From the human T2T-CHM13v2.0 reference genome, Homo sapiens: DNA of 64,000 nucleotides. Location: assembly GCF_009914755.1 (NCBI RefSeq), contig NC_060926.1; one strand, written 5' to 3'. Positions 60,427-64,000 of this stretch are shown here, one piece after another (the stretch's first letter is position 1; each line of letters begins with the position of its first letter). A program made the translations under genes and the position numbers. The notes below the pieces were generated by a model that saw only the letters and a program-made list of their open reading frames with translations, was not told the DNA's origin and did not search any database.

Positions 60427-62756
60427 TAAAAAATTCCTTAAAAACTTTTTGCCAGCAATTTGTTTTGTGTACTTAACAAATGCTTATTCAAGGTACATGT
60501 TATGAAAATGAGTTGCCTCTGGTTCTGTATGGAATGGGTTGGAAGAGCAACATTCGTATCTTATCCTGGAGATGAGGGGGATGTCAGCAGGTCCTTCCCA
60601 GGTGAGGGAGCAAGAGAACAAGGTTAAGAGAGGTGCAGGAAACCTGAACACACAGTTGAGTTACGACCGAGAGCCCTCACTCTAGAGGAACTCAAGTCTT
60701 GAGCCAGTAGCACTCCCATTCCTTCTCCTCTGGGCCCCTAGGATGGCTCATAGCCTTGGGCCATCTTCCAGCCAGCCCGTAGGCTTTCCTCAGCGTTGAC
60801 TTCCTCCACCAGTTGAACAGTTGCTGTATCACTGAGAACCTTTGTCCTGTTGGTTTTCTTCATGACTCCATATTAGCTGAAGCTTTTGCACACAAGACAA
60901 GCACATTTATTGAGCATCATTTTCCTAATATTAACTGAATTATGCACAAACAGGCAATCAGAAGTTTGATTCACACAAATGTGATGCTAGCACAAAGAGG
61001 GCTAGCTGGAACACAGGGCCCTAGCACTTGGGCCCTGCCCCACAGGGATGATTTCAGGGACTGAGACCAAAAGAACTGTTCAAATGTCTTCTTGGAAGGC
61101 CTTTTACACAGAGGCATGCAGTCTCATTCAGTGCCAAGGTAGAAACAGAAACGCAGAGGATGGAGCAGGCAGAAGCTGAGAGTAAACCAAGAGGAAGCCA
61201 AAAGGCAGAGAGGAAAGTAGAGGGAGAATGCGTGAGTCAGTGAAAGAGCAGAAGTGGCAGAGACGGAGAAGCCAACTGAGGGGCTGAGGCACCAGGGAGG
61301 CAGTTTCTGTGGGACAGTGGGAGAGTCCATTACTGGTGGGAAGGACGGATGGACTGGAATTCAGCCATGAGGCTGCAGGACCTTCCTGCTTGGATTCCTG
61401 CTCGTCTGGACTTACCATCATAAAACACTGTGGATAGGACAGAGCAGAGGGGCCAGGGAGTTGAGGAGGAGTGTCAAGTCCTCAAAACAGGACTCAATTT
61501 TTGTGAAGGACTGTGAGGACTTAACAATATCACATATGTGAATTCAAATGCAAACAATCAAACATTCTGGAATAAAAGACATACACATGCTTTTCAGATT
61601 ATCCATGGTTTATGTTATGGGCTCCTTTATTCCTTCTCCTGTCACTCTGAGTTGAAGAAAGTAGTAGGTAATTATACTTGTTTTCATTTAAGAGAACTGG
61701 GCATGGATGGAAGGTGCAGAAGAAACAAATTTCCAGATCTCATTAAGGCAGCCACAGATCCAGTAAGGATAAATGTGTGACTGACTTTTCCATACAGATT
61801 CTAAAACCATCATGTAGAGGACAAAAGTGATTTGCTTCTAATAATCACGATTCTAATTTTTCTGTTCCATTTATTTTACCAAAAGCCAAAATACTACCAA
61901 ATGACCAAAATCACACAGATAAATCCTCTTTAATTTCAGTATTCGCTGGTACCACCTGTGTGATACTATTTTTTAATCATTTTTCTAATTTTCTAACCTG
62001 AATCCTATCTCACTAGCCACATTTATGTTGCCATTCAGCAATAACAGAGAAGGTGATATTCAGAAGTATTAAAGAGTTGGACTCTGAAGCTTCCAGCAAG
62101 ATGTGAATTTGCCATCATGGGCTTGTAATGAAAAAATATATAAAAGCTGCCCCCCAGCTAATGGGAAAATAAATTGGAATTGTATTGGGAAAGTACCCAA
62201 AAGAACTGTCCTTAAATGAGAATTGGGTTTTTATTAGAAAAATCTGATAACAGTAAAAAAACAACATTAGCTCCCCCCATCATCTAGTGGTCTTCATGTG
62301 TTACTGTTTCATCGCCCTCGTATAAAAGGACATTCCACTCGAGTATCTCTCAAATGTTTTCATAATTATGAAAGTATCTTCTGTCCAGCAACCTGAAATA
62401 ATTTCTCATTTCAAATGAAAGCTTCAATCTTGCAATGAAAGTACATATGCCAATTTCTTCATCTTCCAAGCACTAAAGGAAAAGCCATCACCTTGGCCTC
62501 TGCAGAGAAGAACAAATATTTGGGGAGCTTTTTCCTCATAGATTTTAGTACTTGCCACAGTCACTATTTGATTATACATCATATTCCTTTCCTGTTAAAT
62601 ATTTTCTGAGTGCTTTCCTTGTGCTGGGCACCAGGCACTGTGTGGTGTCCACAGCTGAACACGGCTCTTCATTGTGTCTGGGGTGAACGGTAAGGGCAGG
62701 TAGATACGCAAGAAATGAAGTTTATATGCAGATTTTTCTAATAAAAACAGAAAGGC

Positions 62757-63614
<858 letters not shown>

Positions 63615-63761
63615 TCACTTTCCTGAGAGTCATTTCAGTGGAACAGTATTGGCTGAAGGCCACATGGCCATTTGTGAAGGTTGAATGTGTGGGGATGGGC
63701 TTGGGCTATGCATTTGCAGGGAGGACTAAGGCTTTCTGGTTTTGTTTTTAAGAAACATGGG

Positions 63762-64000
63762 GGCTGGGCACAGTGGCTCGTGCCTGTAAGCCCAGCACTT
63801 TGGGAACCTGAGGCAGGAGGATCACTTGAGCCCAGGAGTTCCAGACCAGTTTGGGCCATATAGGGAGACCCCCAACTTTATAAATATATATATATATATT
63901 AGCTGGACATGGTGGCACATGCCTGTGGTTCCAGCTACTTGGGAGGCTGAGGTGGAGGATTGCGTGAGCCCACGAGGTAGAGGCTGCAGTGAGCTGTGAT
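63762..64000 (+). mobile_element. AluJ (runs off window) with (TA)n in linker
   Basis: ggctgggcacagtggctc...gaggctgcagtgagc. Confidence 0.9.

Noticed and set aside
61405-61420. Minus-strand consensus donor ATG|GTAAGT upstream of the promoter
   Set aside because: No convincing partner acceptor or promoter seen; isolated donors are common.

Overview
Primate, almost certainly human, genomic DNA, dense in Alu/L1 repeats and carrying a human-specific AluYb8. The window holds the 5' end of MGAT4A (GnT-IVa) on the minus strand: a CpG-island promoter with non-coding exon 1 (~51.5 kb), then exon 2 (46675-47003) with the start codon and [31 protein letters not shown]. Intron 2 (>46 kb) runs off the left edge, and about 12 kb of upstream intergenic DNA lies to the right. 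Intron 2 contains a processed 14-3-3 theta (YWHAQ) pseudogene inside a nested stack of transposon fossils: piggyBac-type Looper > old L1 > retrocopy or Tigger3 > Alus. Other points of interest are uORFs crowding the MGAT4A AUG, candidate cryptic poison exons, a palindrome-rich apparent templated-insertion scar at ~7.7 kb, and several solo LTRs. Almost all entries in the ORF track are Alu-derived or GC-rich shadow ORFs. I found no CRISPR array, RNA gene or convincing novel multi-gene system. Gene and repeat subfamily names come from recalled sequences, not from a database search.
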